A DNA stretch of 64,000 nucleotides, from the NCBI RefSeq assembly GCF_000143415.4, contig NW_003314387.1, positions 186,001-250,000 of the forward strand. The letters are read 5' to 3'. Positions 10,805 to 23,400 of this stretch are shown piece by piece. Under the pieces are notes generated by a model, which was not told the origin of the DNA, did no database searches, and saw only the letters and a list, made by a program, of their open reading frames with translations. Positions within the stretch are counted from its first letter, which is position 1, and every line of letters begins with the position of its first letter. The position numbers and the translations under genes are program-made. Origin of the DNA: Selaginella moellendorffii. Its lineage: Eukaryota; Plantae; Lycopodiophyta.

Positions 10805-12471
10805 TGTAAGAAACTAAATTTTCCATTCTACTTTAGTCACTTAACCACACCTCTGACCACTTGGAGGAGTCTCATTCACAACCTCCATAAGTCCAATTCA
10901 GGACTTGGGACTTGCTAGCCCCGAGAATGGCATCCATGCCACCCAACATTTGCACTTGGTCCAAGTGCTCCACGTGTCCGATCCTATGACCGACACTCAA
11001 AGGTACCACTGACATGGCAGCTTGTCACGCTAAGGCCATGCCTAATCACCTTTGCCACACTAGTAGTCCAATACCACATGCATCCCAGTCTTGGCTCTCC
11101 AAGACTAGGCAAACCATCCGTGAGTGGTCATCTCAGATCCACTCCTTAGCATCCTTAGGATGCCCACCGACAAGGGGAATAGCCTTCCCCAATATCCCTC
11201 TGTCAGTCCCCACTAAGTCCCTTTCTGCCCCTAGCCGTGTTTGCCAACACTGTCACTGGATTGAGGCCCACAGGCCCGACCACTAAGTCCCATGGTCCTC
11301 TGGGACTTCCTCACCATACGACTGTGTCCTTGGTCACTACCCCAGAGGACTGCTTCTCTTCCTTTCCATAGTCTGGGCCTTTGGGGACAACATTTCGGAA
11401 CACCATGGCCTCACGTGAGCCTCCTGGGTACTCTCCCCACCTTCCGCCCTTGGGTGCTCTAGCCATGGGCTTAGAGCGAGGTTCCGTTGAGCCACGCCTG
11501 GTATCCAAGTAGGTAGTGCCACCCACACTTGGACTGGGAGCATCGGCCAGTCGATCTCCCAGGGGAACTAGAGCTGGCTCTTGAACACTTCACCAAGCTA
11601 CCCTGCTTGTCGGTCCATGTTCACTCTAGTCTTGGACTTCCCAGTGGTTAGCTCATCACCCAACACTGGGTCTGGCCTTCCTGGGCCAAACTGGCCTTTT
11701 CTGGCCAAACTGGCTCCACTGCAGTCCTCCCCCTTTACTATACTTTTGGAGCTCACCAAACCCCCCAGGGTCTGGGAGACGAACGCTTTGGGCTTTCACC
11801 CTCTCAAACTCGGACTCAGACTCGGACTCGGACTCGGACTCGGACTCAGGCTCGGGCTCGGTCTCAGCCTTGGCCTCGGTCTCGGTCTCGGTCCCGGTCT
11901 TGGTCCCGGTCTCGGTCTCGGTCTCGGTCCCGGTCTCGGTCTTGACCTCGGACTCCATCTTGGGTCCTTCTCGAACTCCATCTTGGGCTCCGTCTCAGTC
12001 CATCTCGGACTCCATCTCAGGTCCATCTCGGACTCTGTCTCGGTCCACCTCGGACTCCATCTCAGGTCCATCTCGGACTCCATCTCGGGTCCATCTCGGA
12101 CTCCGTCTCGGTCCACCTTGGACTCCTTCTCGGACTCCATCTCGGGTCCATCTCGGACTCCATTTCGGGTCCATCTCGGACTCCGTCTCGGTCCATCTCG
12201 GACTCCGTCTTGGTCCGTCTCGGACTCCATCTCGAACACTTCCACGTGTCATGTGTTGGTCCCTTTTGGATCCCTTTTTGGAGCCTTGGTTATTGCTCGC
12301 TTCGTGCTCGCTCCTTGAGCACTTTGTTGGGAGTTCCACTCCCGCTCTCGACCTTCCAAGTCAGAGCTTTTAGTCCAAACGTGTTACACTCGTTTGGGCT
12401 TTCGCTTTGGCCACTACTACATGGCACCCTTTCCGGCTCCACTTTGGGGCCTAGGGATTTTGTGTCTCACA
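10805..12471 (-). repeat. 5' LTR of element A
   Basis: TGTAAG...GTCTCACA followed by the CCTTG TSD. Confidence 0.95.
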
Positions 12472-12566
12472 CCTTGGACCTTTAAATAAAAAGATGAAGC
12501 CAAACTCTTAAGCATAAAGCCAAAGAGCAAAGGAAGTGGAGTATGATATGATTTATGAGTGTACAA

Positions 12567-12680
12567 CCCAAGGAGTGAAAGAATAGAAGTTTGGAACGAC
12601 TTCTAAGCATATAGCCCAAGGAGTGAAAGAGCAAGAGTTTAGAACAACTTCTAAACGTATAGCCCAAGGAATGAATAAGC
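12567..12680. repeat. 48-bp tandem repeat, about 2.5 copies
   Basis: CCCAAGGA(G/A)TGAA recurs at 12567, 12615 and 12663. Confidence 0.75.
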
Positions 12681-12774
12681 AAAAGCACAGAGTAATAAAA
12701 AAATAATTCTAGAGCATCTAGCATCGTAATGCTAGGACTAGCATGAAAAATAGAGCCAAATGGAATTTAGCACA

Positions 12775-13027
12775 ATTTTAGTATACTAGTGACTTAATGT
12801 GAGGATATAAGTATAAAGTTTAGGATTAAACCTAAGTTGGACACAAACTAAATACAGATACACAAATAGGAACTTGAGGAGCACTTTTAGCTTTCACCCC
12901 AATCCCAGGAGTTAATCTTTAGAACAATTATGAAAATTTATTAAATATAGAATAGTGCTAGATTGGGAATTTAGACATAAAAACAACCCCATCGTGTTTA
13001 AGACAATTTCTACATTCCATAAATATG
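12775..13027 (-). mobile_element. Old interspersed repeat fragment, homologous (inverted) to 36640-36983
   Basis: Its reverse complement TCTAAATTCCCAATCTAGCACTATTCTATATTTAATAA...GATTGGGGTGAAAGC aligns with 36693 TCTAAATTCCCAATGTAACGCTATTCTATATTTAGTAA...GATTGGGGTGAAAGC. Confidence 0.7.
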
Positions 13028-13204
13028 CCTTACTCACTAATCTAGACACTTTCCATAAATAGCAATTGGAAAAGAACAGAACTAACATATGGGACATGAT
13101 AATGAGGGTGTTTGGTGAACATGATAAGTTATTATATAGCAATATTAAAGAATTAGTCTCAATAGGCAAGGGTTTTGTCAAGTTAGTGCAAAATGAACCA
13201 AAAA

Positions 13205-13423
13205 AAAATTAAGAGTCAAGCTGAGTATGCTCAACAACAAACACATAAAAGTTTCTACTTTATATTTATTTGGCTAAGTATAGATACTAAACTTAGTTTA
13301 CTAACACTTAACAAAAGGGGCTGAAAAGGGGACAAACAATATCAATCTCTTACTATCATGGGAATAAATCTGAAAAAATTTACTAACATATGATTTTCGA
13401 TACCCATAATCACACTCATAACA
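13205..13423. mobile_element. Old LTR fragment homologous to 35485-35702
   Basis: Shared blocks TGCTCAACAA..GTTTCTACTTTAT..TACTATCAT..TACCCATAATCACA. Confidence 0.6.
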
Positions 13424-14533
13424 TGTGACTTCATTGCCTCCATTGCATGATTGTTATAAAATCACTGATCTATGAGAGATTCTCATGGATTTTAACTTCA
13501 ATTGGCAAGAAAGAGTGTCTCTTCATTAACCTAAGTTGCTATCACTTGAGATCCTTTTGGTATGATACCATTGCCTACTAAGGAGAAGATTGATGGAAAC
13601 CTTCTAATTCTTCTAGTCTTTTTTATCTATCTCATTGAGCTTGGATTTTGAGCATGTGATGGATAGTGGCGCAGTAGTGCCATATCAAGAGCAGGTGTTA
13701 AGGAGTTCAATTGATTGATGGAGGGATATGGTTGGAGATGTTTCTGCCAAGGATAAGCTCCTCCAAATGGGGATCTTGCTTAATACACAACACAATGCAC
13801 AACAGCTATTCAAGACTTCAGAAGAAATTTGTAGAGAGGTTAAACTTCTTGAGTAATGTGCAAGGATCAATTTTCTCCATGAGTAAAATTAAGGTGAGAT
13901 TGAACTCCTCAAACACCAAAGCTTAAACCATGGCAAAATAACCTGACATGGATTATGGCACATGAAGTGGCACTAATGTCACATGCATGCCAATATATAC
14001 ATACCTTGAAAAAAGAATCGTGTCCAAACATTATATTATGAGTCACATATATGTTTAAACAATTGAATCATATATATGTTTTAAATTTATTTATCTTGCA
14101 ATACATTATAATTTTTTGCCATGCCACACACCCAGATACACCTCGCCCCAAAATTTACAATCACATATTGCTTGCTATATATTCAACACAAAAATATATA
14201 TATCACTATACTATTGACTACTGTTTGGCAATATTATTCCAAGGACTTCAAAAGCATGCCATTATAAGATCTCTCATTGGAATTAAACAGAATTCCTTTG
14301 CAATTACTTCAAGCCCACAACTTCTTGCATCCATGCAAGCATGTAAAGGAGCAAGATCAATTATAAGCAACCATGCAAAGTTTATTATCAAAGCTAACAC
14401 TTAAAGCATATATTAAAATTGTATTGCATAACTAAAAGAATCGATAATATACTTTTTTAGAATTTCTTGAACCAAAATGGCAAGCTTAGTTTACAGTCTT
14501 TCTTGCAAATGAGAGAAAAAAGGCGTTATACAG

Positions 14534-14824
<291 letters not shown>

Positions 14825-14924
14825 NNNNNNNNNNNNNNNNNNNNNNNNNNNNNNNNNNNNNNNNNNNNNNNNNNNNNNNNNNNNNNNNNNNNNNNNNNNN
14901 NNNNNNNNNNNNNNNNNNNNNNNN
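14825..14924. other. Assembly gap (100 N)
   Basis: Run of N. Confidence 1.
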
Positions 14925-15044
14925 TAAGCATATATATAAATGGTTATGCATATCTAAAAGTATGGATCATATGCTTTCTTTGATTTTCTTGAACCAAAAT
15001 ACAAAGCTTAGTTTACATACTTTTTTGCAAATGAGAGAAAAAAA

Positions 15045-15114
<70 letters not shown>

Positions 15115-15479
15115 CTAACTAGCATAATCTAGTTTTTTAACCAATACTTACTTATATTTTTAAGTATGTTATGAATGATATACTTAGGTTTTCACTTAAA
15201 CATGAAGAAGAGCTTAAACATGAGCTCATTGAAATTTTATCTACCATGGTAAAGGCCTTACACTACAAATATCATTATTTATGGAATGGTTGGATTTGAG
15301 AGACATATCTATGTGTTGCAAATCACATTTTCCATCCACTCAAATTAATCAATAAATTTATAGACCAATTGAGTCTCCGCTCAATATAATCCAATACACC
15401 AAAGCAATAAACTATGATATTGATCTCTAAGGCAAAGAAACTTCACCAACACTAGATCACCTACTTGATGAGCTATGTT

Positions 15480-15840
15480 ATGCATTGTAAGTCCGTTCTT
15501 GATACTTTTGTGCTCTTACCAAAAACTCTAATGATTGTGTAGACAATGTTAATAACACTTAGTCTAAATACTCTAACCATGTTTTCCCCTCCGGATACCT
15601 TGGAGTGATCAGCATCAAACCCATAACAGGAAGCAAGACAAACTCCCACCCAAATAACGTGCTAGACTGAGAGATGCTAGTGGACTTCTGTGGCAGTGAA
15701 ACATAAGCAAGTTGCAATTAGAATTAGTATTACATACTTCACAATCATGCCTTCTGAGTGTCTAATTCACTTGCTTAACCAAGCCATTTGTCAGTCTTAG
15801 GATGATACTAGGAGAAATTAGGCATATAACGCCAAGTGTG
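15480..15840 (-). pseudogene. Degenerate LTR-retrotransposon (Ty3/gypsy-type) integrase remnant
   Basis: Across frameshifts: LGVI..S*YHPKT/NGLVKQVN*TLR..LQLAYVSLPQKSTSISQSSTLFGWEFVLLP..RAQKYQERTYN. This matches the YHPQTxGxxER..AY..ST..P..LFG..LP..AQxxQK pattern. Confidence 0.75.
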
Positions 15841-16354
15841 CTCTATTAATGTCAAATTGAATTTCTTTATTTTCAGCACAACCTGGAGCATGAACGATAT
15901 GGCCTTTTTGGCCAAATCAACCATCAGTGAGTAATATGAAGCTTTTTTTCTCTTTAATACAAATCCAATTGATGGACAAACCTGAACCTGAAAAAAAACA
16001 TGAACGTGTTACATGGAACTAAAGTACTCTTTATACTCTAGAAGTGTTAAGTGTAAGTTCCAAGGGTCTAAGTAATAAAATTAATGTTAAACAGTGATTT
16101 ACTTTAGGGAATATCTTAAATGATACCTGAATATGCTAGGTATATTCTTTACACCCGCAGATTAGGGTTCTTGACGAGGAGGAGCTACATTTCTGGGGAT
16201 CTTGTCAGGCAAGCGATCGGTTGTTTAGGAGCTAGCGAGCGTGGCTCCAGCGGGATTGAAGTTCCAGCATTTTGGTGCCGTGAAAAGATGATCGACAAGC
16301 TTCCCCGGTGGTAGAAGCGCTCTAGCAGGGAAAATCTTACGCTAGTTGGATTGG

Positions 16355-18189
16355 ATGGCTCGGCCAGCTCAGGTGATAATAGACGAAGACGACGACGACG
16401 AAGATGGGGATTTGCTTGTAGACTGGAAAGCATCGTCTTCTTCCATCCTTGCGAGTGCCTCTGCCAGCATTGCCATTGCTACCACCACCGCCACCACCGC
16501 CACTAGAACATTGAAAAGTTCTTGTGGTCTTTTTTCTGGAGGAACCAGCGTGAGCAATGTGTTGTGTTTGGATTCGGACTCGGATGGATCGGTCCCCATT
16601 GCTGTTGTTCTAGGCACGCAGACCAGCTCCGTGGATGATCCTCGAGAAATCAAAAGAAGAAAGCTGGAGCAAGAGAAAGAAGCTCGAAAGGAGGAACGAG
16701 CTGCGAGGAAGCAGGCAAAGGAAGCTGAGAAGCAAAGGCTGAAGGAGGAAAAGCGGCAAAAAAAAGAGGTATGATCTCTCTCGGTTCTTCTTCGCGAAGG
16801 TTCATTTTCTTCTTCTGCTGCCTAGGCCGAAAGATTGGAGAAGGCAAGAGCTAAGGAGAAAGCAGCGCAAGTACGAACGCAGGAGCAGCAAAAGGCGAAA
16901 TGGGAGAAAGGCAAGTTCTCGGCTGAGAACACTGTTGCGATAATCGATTGCAAGGTCGCAGAGAATGGACTGATTGGAGGCAAGTGCTGTTCTAGTTTTT
17001 TCTATGGTCTAATTGCTTACTGTTTCGATCGCACAGGCCAGTTGCTGAATCGTCTCGCTGGTAAAGAGCTGAAGTTCTCGCTCAGCTCGAATCCAATATC
17101 GGGGAGTATCATCTGGAAAACAAAGAGGCTAGCAGAGAGTTTTGACACGGAAAATGACGAGATAGAGGTGATCAATAACAATGTGTCTTGTGCTGGACTG
17201 ATCTTGCCTTGCAGCTCGAGGAAGTCGACGTGCCTTACGTCCTTCTCGTGTTTGGAGCGGAAGAATTCTCATCACTGCTTTGCCAAGGCTCGCTGGATGT
17301 ACACGTTCGTCGAGTCCAGGCACAGTATCCTGGATTTACCGTGTGTTATCTCGTCAACAAGCTCCACTGGTACTTGCAGAAGAAGTAAGTTTTCATGTCT
17401 CCTCGTTCGCAGGTTCTATAGTTTACACGCACAGAGATCAAGAGCAGTTTAAACGCGGAGAAAGTGAATGGCTCCGGCCAAACGCAGACAAGGTGCCTGA
17501 TTTCTATTCATCTTCTCTTGTTGGTTTTCATTAGTTTGTTTCCAGGCGCTGGCGGAGCTCGTGACAAACTACTGTGGAGTACATTCTCGCCTGTGTATCG
17601 ATGAAGCTGAAGTGGCGGATCATGTCATCGCTCTCACGCGGAGCTTGATAGAATGTCCTTACAAGTGATGAGCCACCAATTCTTTCGCTCTTGACGTAAC
17701 CACGACTTCTTTCTTGGGACGCAGGCAAAGGCTCACGTCTCTTTCTGTGAGCAAGAATGGAGATCATGTCGTGGACAAGGATCCCAACAAGGAAGTGATC
17801 AAGAAGAGCAGCTGGTATGGGGAATGAGAATCATTCAAGTTTGGACCTATCTTTGGTTGCAGGCTGAAAACTCTGGTTGCGATTCCAAAGGTTTCCGGAG
17901 CGGCTGCAATCGCGATATCCAAACGCTATCCTTCGTTTCGTTCGCTCTTGAACGCCTACATGGATCCTTCAATGACAGTTGAGTTCTAGCTTTTTTGAGT
18001 TTTTAACGCTTTGGCCAGGTGCATGACAAGGAACTTTTGCTTCAAGACCTGGAGAAGGAGGGAGCTGACAGCCGAAGGCGTGTCGGTCCAGCGTGCTCGA
18101 GACGAATCTACCGAATTCTCATGGCTCAAAATGGCGATCTTAAAACGGAGGATGTGGAAACCGGAGCGGATCAATTTGATTGCGAGTGA
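16355..18189 (+). CDS. EME1: Crossover junction endonuclease EME1 (multi-exon; start codon uncertain)
   Basis: E/K-rich coiled coil, KAKWEKGKFS, and C-terminal WLKTLVAIPKV..YPSFRSLLNAYMDP..VHDKELLLQDL..GPACSRRIYRILMAQNGDLKTEDVETGA typical of plant EME1. Short GT-AG introns. Confidence 0.88.
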
Positions 18190-18305
18190 GAAACCACTCA
18201 ACAAGGTTTGATATTGTCCTTAACTTTAACAGCTCTGGACATGATTTTGCAGCTAGGATCAAAGTAATCTAACAGCAAACTCTGGTTACGAAACGAAACG
18301 AAGTT

Positions 18306-19127
18306 TCATCCAAGCAAAACACTCAAGTCCTTGTATATTTTTTCAGCAACTTCATCCCGGTTTTTCTTGTCAAGTGTGAGAACTGCTACCCCCGGAAAGC
18401 TCACGACCTTCTCCACTGCAAGATGTAAGAAACAGTCATGCATTTCCCATTCTTTACGAAACTTCGCAATACCTTCTTTGGATGAATGTTTGATAGGAAC
18501 CGAGCCTAAGATCACAGCATTACGACGCTGTAGCAATGCTTCCACGGCAGGAAAAAACTTTGGGCTGAAGAGCTCCATCTTGCCAACTTCGTCGATCACA
18601 AAAAGCTGGGTGTCTTCCAGTGGCTGCGAAACGCAAAAGCATGACAAACTGTGAAGTTCTACCGCAGCATATATTTACCTCTAGCTCGGGCAATGCGAGA
18701 GCTTCAAAGCCAGGAACATTCACCTTGTATCGTCCCACCATAGGAAGCCGGCTACATTGTAAAAATCAGATTTTTACACGAACAAGTTCTCGAGATACCC
18801 TGGAGAATTGATCGAAGCTAGCATTTCCTTGCGTCCTCCATTAAAAGCGATGACTTCGAATCCAACTCTCTCGCCCTCCTTTCTCACTTCCTCTAAATCA
18901 CAAAGAGATGAGCAATCTTTGATTTTGTGTCAAGGAATTTTTTTCTTACTGGTATAGAAGCCTTGAACTTTGAGGTTTGGATGCGTAGCCCTGAGTTTCT
19001 CCACTACCTTGACGATAAGAGTGGTCTTTCCAATTCCCTGCCAAGCCCGAGGATCAATATGATTTTCAAGCAAAACTTTGTGATTTACCGGAGACCCTGT
19101 GACAAAGAAACTGCGACCAGCAGCCAT
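18306..19127 (-). CDS. NTPCR: NTPase_1 / THEP1-family (cancer-related) nucleoside triphosphatase, multi-exon
   Basis: FFVTGSP|GIGKTTL Walker A, GFYT|EEVR..GERVGF, VGRYKVNV, and LFVIDEVGKMELFS Walker B. Confidence 0.9.
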
Positions 19128-19315
19128 GAGCCCTATTGCAACCGTGGCAAATTTTAGATAGCCTATGTATCACGAGCAAAATGAAAGAAATTGGATTGAC
19201 AACGTTTTGATCAAGGCATTTTCCTGAAAGGTTGATGATTTAACATGAGCCTTTATGGATGAAAAGACTTTCATCTCAAACCTCCTGGCGCTCGATCGTG
19301 ATTCGAAACGATCGA

Positions 19316-19851
19316 TCACTTCTTTTTCCTGCCTCCCTTTCCTCCCCTCCCGGAAGATGCCGAAGCTCCAGAATGACTGCTCGCCGCGGCATGGCTTTGA
19401 TGGTCTCTCCTTCGAGTGGGAACCAGCTCGGCGATCTTGAGCATTAGAGCTTTCCCTGTCCAAAGGTTTCGTGATCTAGGAAGAAAAGATGGGAAGAACT
19501 TACTCGAAGTGATGCCGGGGTTCACTGGAGTCTTTGGAGCGTTCTTCTGGAAGAGCTGGACTCTCACCCGGCCTCTTTGCATGAAATCCCGAGAATACGC
19601 CTTCTCGGGCTGCCACAAGAGAGGGGAATTCTCGTGAGATAGAGCTAGATCTGGAGAGATGAGAGACCCAGTACCTCGGCGGCAGTGGAGAGCTTGAGGA
19701 GATGGCACGATTCGACGATCTCACCGAGAGTGGGGTTCTCGCACGCAAGATTGGCGGCGATGCGTCGGCCCTCCGCCAGCGTCTTCTTCGAATTGATGTA
19801 AACAGGGTAGACGATTACCCACCTAGAGATGTCGGGCACTTCCCGCTCCAT
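19316..19851 (-). CDS. SRP19: Signal recognition particle 19 kDa protein (3 exons)
   Basis: RWVIVYPVYINSKKTLAEGRRI...CENPT...KAYSRDFMQRGRVRVQL...RKALMLKIAELVP, with a basic GKGGRKKK tail. Confidence 0.95.
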
Positions 19852-20015
19852 AGCCAGACCAGCTCTAGAACCCTAGATCCGACGGACCTGAATATTTTAA
19901 TCTAGAAACGCACGGCCACGATCTAGATACATTCATCCAGCGAAAATTTTAGAACGATAGGTCAAAGGTAGCTAGGGCAGGGCGTGGGCGGAAGGCGCTT
20001 GCTGGATTTGGAGCA

Positions 20016-20353
20016 ATGACCAATATCCTTGATTCTTCTTCGTGTTTCTCTTCTGTTTGCTTGATCCTTAGCGAATCTCTCACGGGGAAATCAGCGAGAG
20101 AAAGATCGCGAGAGGGCTCAGGCGAGATCCGCCAAAGGCGGCAAGCCAAAGGATGATCTTACGCCGGAGCAGAGGAGAGAGAGGTAGCCCGAAATTTCGA
20201 TCGATTCGTGAGGAAACTGGGTGGATTTCTCTTTTGATTCCCAGAGATGCGAAGGCGCTCCAGGAGAAAAACGCTCGCAAAGCCGCGGGCGGAGAAGCAG
20301 GGGCTGGATCGAATGCTGCCGGGGGAGGAGCGAAATCTTCCGCGAAGAAATGA
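20016..20353 (+). CDS. SERF: Small EDRK-rich factor (4F5/SERF family), 71 aa; exons 20016-20022, 20084-20183, 20245-20353
   Basis: Spliced product MTRGNQREKDRERAQARSAKGGKPKDDLTPEQRRERDAKALQEKNARKAAGG...SSAKK*. Confidence 0.9.
20023..20083 (+). other. U12-type (minor spliceosome) AT-AC intron, 61 nt
   Basis: 5' site ATATCCTT, branch-like TCCTTAGC at 20065-20072, 3' end CAC. Removing it restores MTRGNQR. Confidence 0.88.
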
Positions 20354-20446
20354 CTGGATTGGTCGATAGAACCCTGTCTAATAAGCACAGCTTCTATACT
20401 GTATAGAAATGAAAATCTTTTTAAGCCTTAGGGTTCTAGAATAGCT

Positions 20447-23400
20447 ATGAAGAACTTGGAGGTTTTGCGAGAGAGGCATTCGCGGCTGGAGCTCGGCGAT
20501 GAGAAGATCGTCGCGGCGGCAGTCGACAGCGGGCACGATCGCGCCTTCTTTCTCTCGAATGGCGGCAATCTCCACTGGGAAGATGAGGTATGTCGGTTCA
20601 ATCCGAAATATTTTGCCAATCGTGGATCGTCTTCTTCGTTCTTGATCAGCTCTCGCGGCATTCGCTGTCCCTGGCGAGTGCCATCGAGTTCGACGCCGGC
20701 GTGGTCGGGATGGAATTCCTGCTGGAGCTGGAAGCGCTGGTCATTGGCATGGAGAGCGGTGATCTGGTACTGGTTGAGCCACGGTCTAGCAGCGCCATAG
20801 AAGTTATTGGCTCGCTCCAGGGAGGGATTCTTAGTCTCGCTGCTAGTCCGGATGGGGAACTGTTAGCTATAGTATCAGGACTCGGGCAGATCTTACTCAT
20901 GACTCCAGCAAACTGGGACACTGTCCACGAGTTTTCGATCAAAAACAACGATCGCCAGGAATTTTCTAGTAGCGCTGTGGAACTCTCGTGGCGGGCTGAC
21001 GGGAAGTACTTTGCTACAAGCGAATACAATGCTCAAGAAAGCAGCAGTGTCGTGAAGATCTGGGAAAGAGAAACGGGCAAACTCCATTCGAGCTGTGAAG
21101 CATTGCCATCGACGCATCGCTCGAGCATCTGCTGGAGTCCGAGTGGTGCTCGAATTGCTGCCAGCACTTCCAAGGCAGACCAGGCTCCCAGTGTGACGAT
21201 CTTCGAGCGGAATGGTCTGAAAAAAGATTATTTCCAGGTTACTGCTCCTGCCGGTGCTCGTGTAGAAAGTCTGCAGTGGGATTCCAGCGGAGAAGTCATG
21301 AAGATGGTTGTCAGGTGTGATGGCTGGGACGCGATCCAGTTCTGGTACTGCAGCAACTATCACTGGTACTTGAAACAGGAATGGCGCTACACGTCCAAAG
21401 AGACCGTGAGCACAGTGTGGCACCCAGAGAAGCCTCTCAGTGCCATGGTTTGGACTGTCTTGGGCAACATCAAAGCTACCACTTTGGGTTGGAAGTCGGC
21501 TGTGCTGGACTCTTCGGTGGCGCTGGTTATTGATGGCCCGAGTCTTTTGGTCACACCATTGGCTGTCTGTATGACTCCGCCACCTTTGTACTTCTCCAAG
21601 GTACGATTCCCCGCACCTGTGAATACCGTGACACTTACGAGCGAGTCTTCTGGTTTTACCACCGTTGCAGCCAGTTTATCAGACAAAAGTTTTGGCCTTG
21701 CTGTTCTCGCAACTAGTGACGGCTGGAATGATCTGGAAGACAGTGAAGTTGTGGGATACATATTGCAGAACTTCGATGGTGGTGTGAGGAACCTGATTTC
21801 TACGGGAGCGAACAGGTTTTGTGGACTCCTAGACAGCTCGAGCGGTCACGGTTCGTTACAGTTTACTGAGTTCGAGGCTACAGATTCTGGAGAAGGATGG
21901 ACTTCGCGTTCTCTTTCTCTAGTCTATTTGGACAAGCCGCTCATAGCAGCGGCGAGAAGTCCCCTTACAGAGAGCTCGCAGGCTTTTCTACAGCTAAATG
22001 ACGGATCGATCCTGAACCATTGCGCTGGAGAGCTTACTCCGGTTGGAAAGTTTCCAGTTGCATGTCCGTGGATGCAAGCTTTTGAAGATAAGGGACAGGT
22101 GCAGTTCGTCGGCCTTGACGAACGCGGCCAGCTCCATTTTCGTAATTCCGTCATCAGCAGCGAGTGCACCGGGTTTGCACTCCACATCACATCCACAAAA
22201 GCGAGGCCAAGCGTCGTTCACTTGGTTTATACAACAAGGCAAGACTTGCTCCACATTATCCCTCTCGGCAGCAGCAACTTCACGTCTTCTCCTCCGGAAG
22301 TACTAGACGTTGGTAGCGGTAAACGGCAACCAGCGCCGAAGGATTTCAACATTCAGCGTGTTTGGGAGAGGGGAGCCAGGATAGTTTCTACGCTAGGTGG
22401 CAGCGACGTTGCGGTCATCATGCAACCCAGCCGTGGGAATCTCGAAACCATTTATCCACGGGGATTGATACTTCACGCTGTCGAAGCGGCACTAGCTGAG
22501 CAAGACTTTGCAGAAGCTATCACCTGCGCGCGGCGGCACAGGATTGATCTAAACGTCATCGTGGACTTCCTTGGTGAGAAGGAGTTTTCCCGTTTGGCCC
22601 CGGACTTTGTCAAGCAAGTCGGCAAACTTAGCCTTGTCACGGAGCTGGTTAGCTGCCTGGGAAACGAGAACGTTTTGGAAACGACGTACAAGAAGACATT
22701 GTCTACGCTGAATCCGGAGGACAGGATGGTCCCGGCGGTTTCATCCAACAAGATGCAAGTGGTATTAGAAGCGCTGAGAAGTGCTGTCGAAAATCACGTA
22801 ACAGATAGTCCATCTCGAGAGATGTGCCTGCTGACTATTCTTGCTCGAAACGATCCGCCTTTGCTCGAAGAGGCGTTGAAACGCATCAAGCTACTACGTG
22901 AAGGAGAGCTTGGTCTCGGGACTTCAGATGATGAGGAGGCTCTGGAAGCAATTGAGTCACAGGGAAAACTTGTGGCGGAGAGCGCTCTAAAGCACCTGAT
23001 ATGGCTCGCGGACGCCGACGCGGTGTTTGATGCGGCGCTGGGACTTTACGACTTGCATCTAGCTGCAATGGTGGCGTCTCACTCCCAGCGAGATCCTAAA
23101 GAGTTCCTTCCTTTCCTTCAGGAGCTAGAAGACATGCCACCCTCCATAATGTGCTACAAGATCGACTGCAAGCTAAAACGATATGCAAGTGCACTGCGAC
23201 ACCTTTCGAGCGCCGGGGAGACGTATTTCAACGAGGCACTCGATCACGTCCAAAGTCATCCGGAGCTCTTCTCTCTCGCACTCTCCATCTTTACAGGCGA
23301 GAGCCAAAGGTCGTCTATTATGGAGGCTTGGGGAGAATACTTCCTTTCTCAGGAAAGGTTTGAGGATGCAGCTATCACTTTCAGGTCCTGCTCGCAGCTC

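Larger units (their letters stand above)
5116..12471 (-). mobile_element. Complete non-autonomous LTR retrotransposon, LARD-like (copy A)
   Basis: Near-identical LTRs at 5116-6809 and 10805-12471, each TG...CA. TSD CCTTG at 5111-5115 and 12472-12476. PBS and PPT lie on the minus strand. The ~4-kb internal region has only short, stop-riddled ORFs and no recognisable RT or integrase motifs. Confidence 0.95.

Noticed and set aside
5116-12471. Retrozyme / hammerhead ribozyme in the LTRs
   Set aside because: No CUGANGA..GAAA core with proper stems found by eye; an Infernal search is still advisable.
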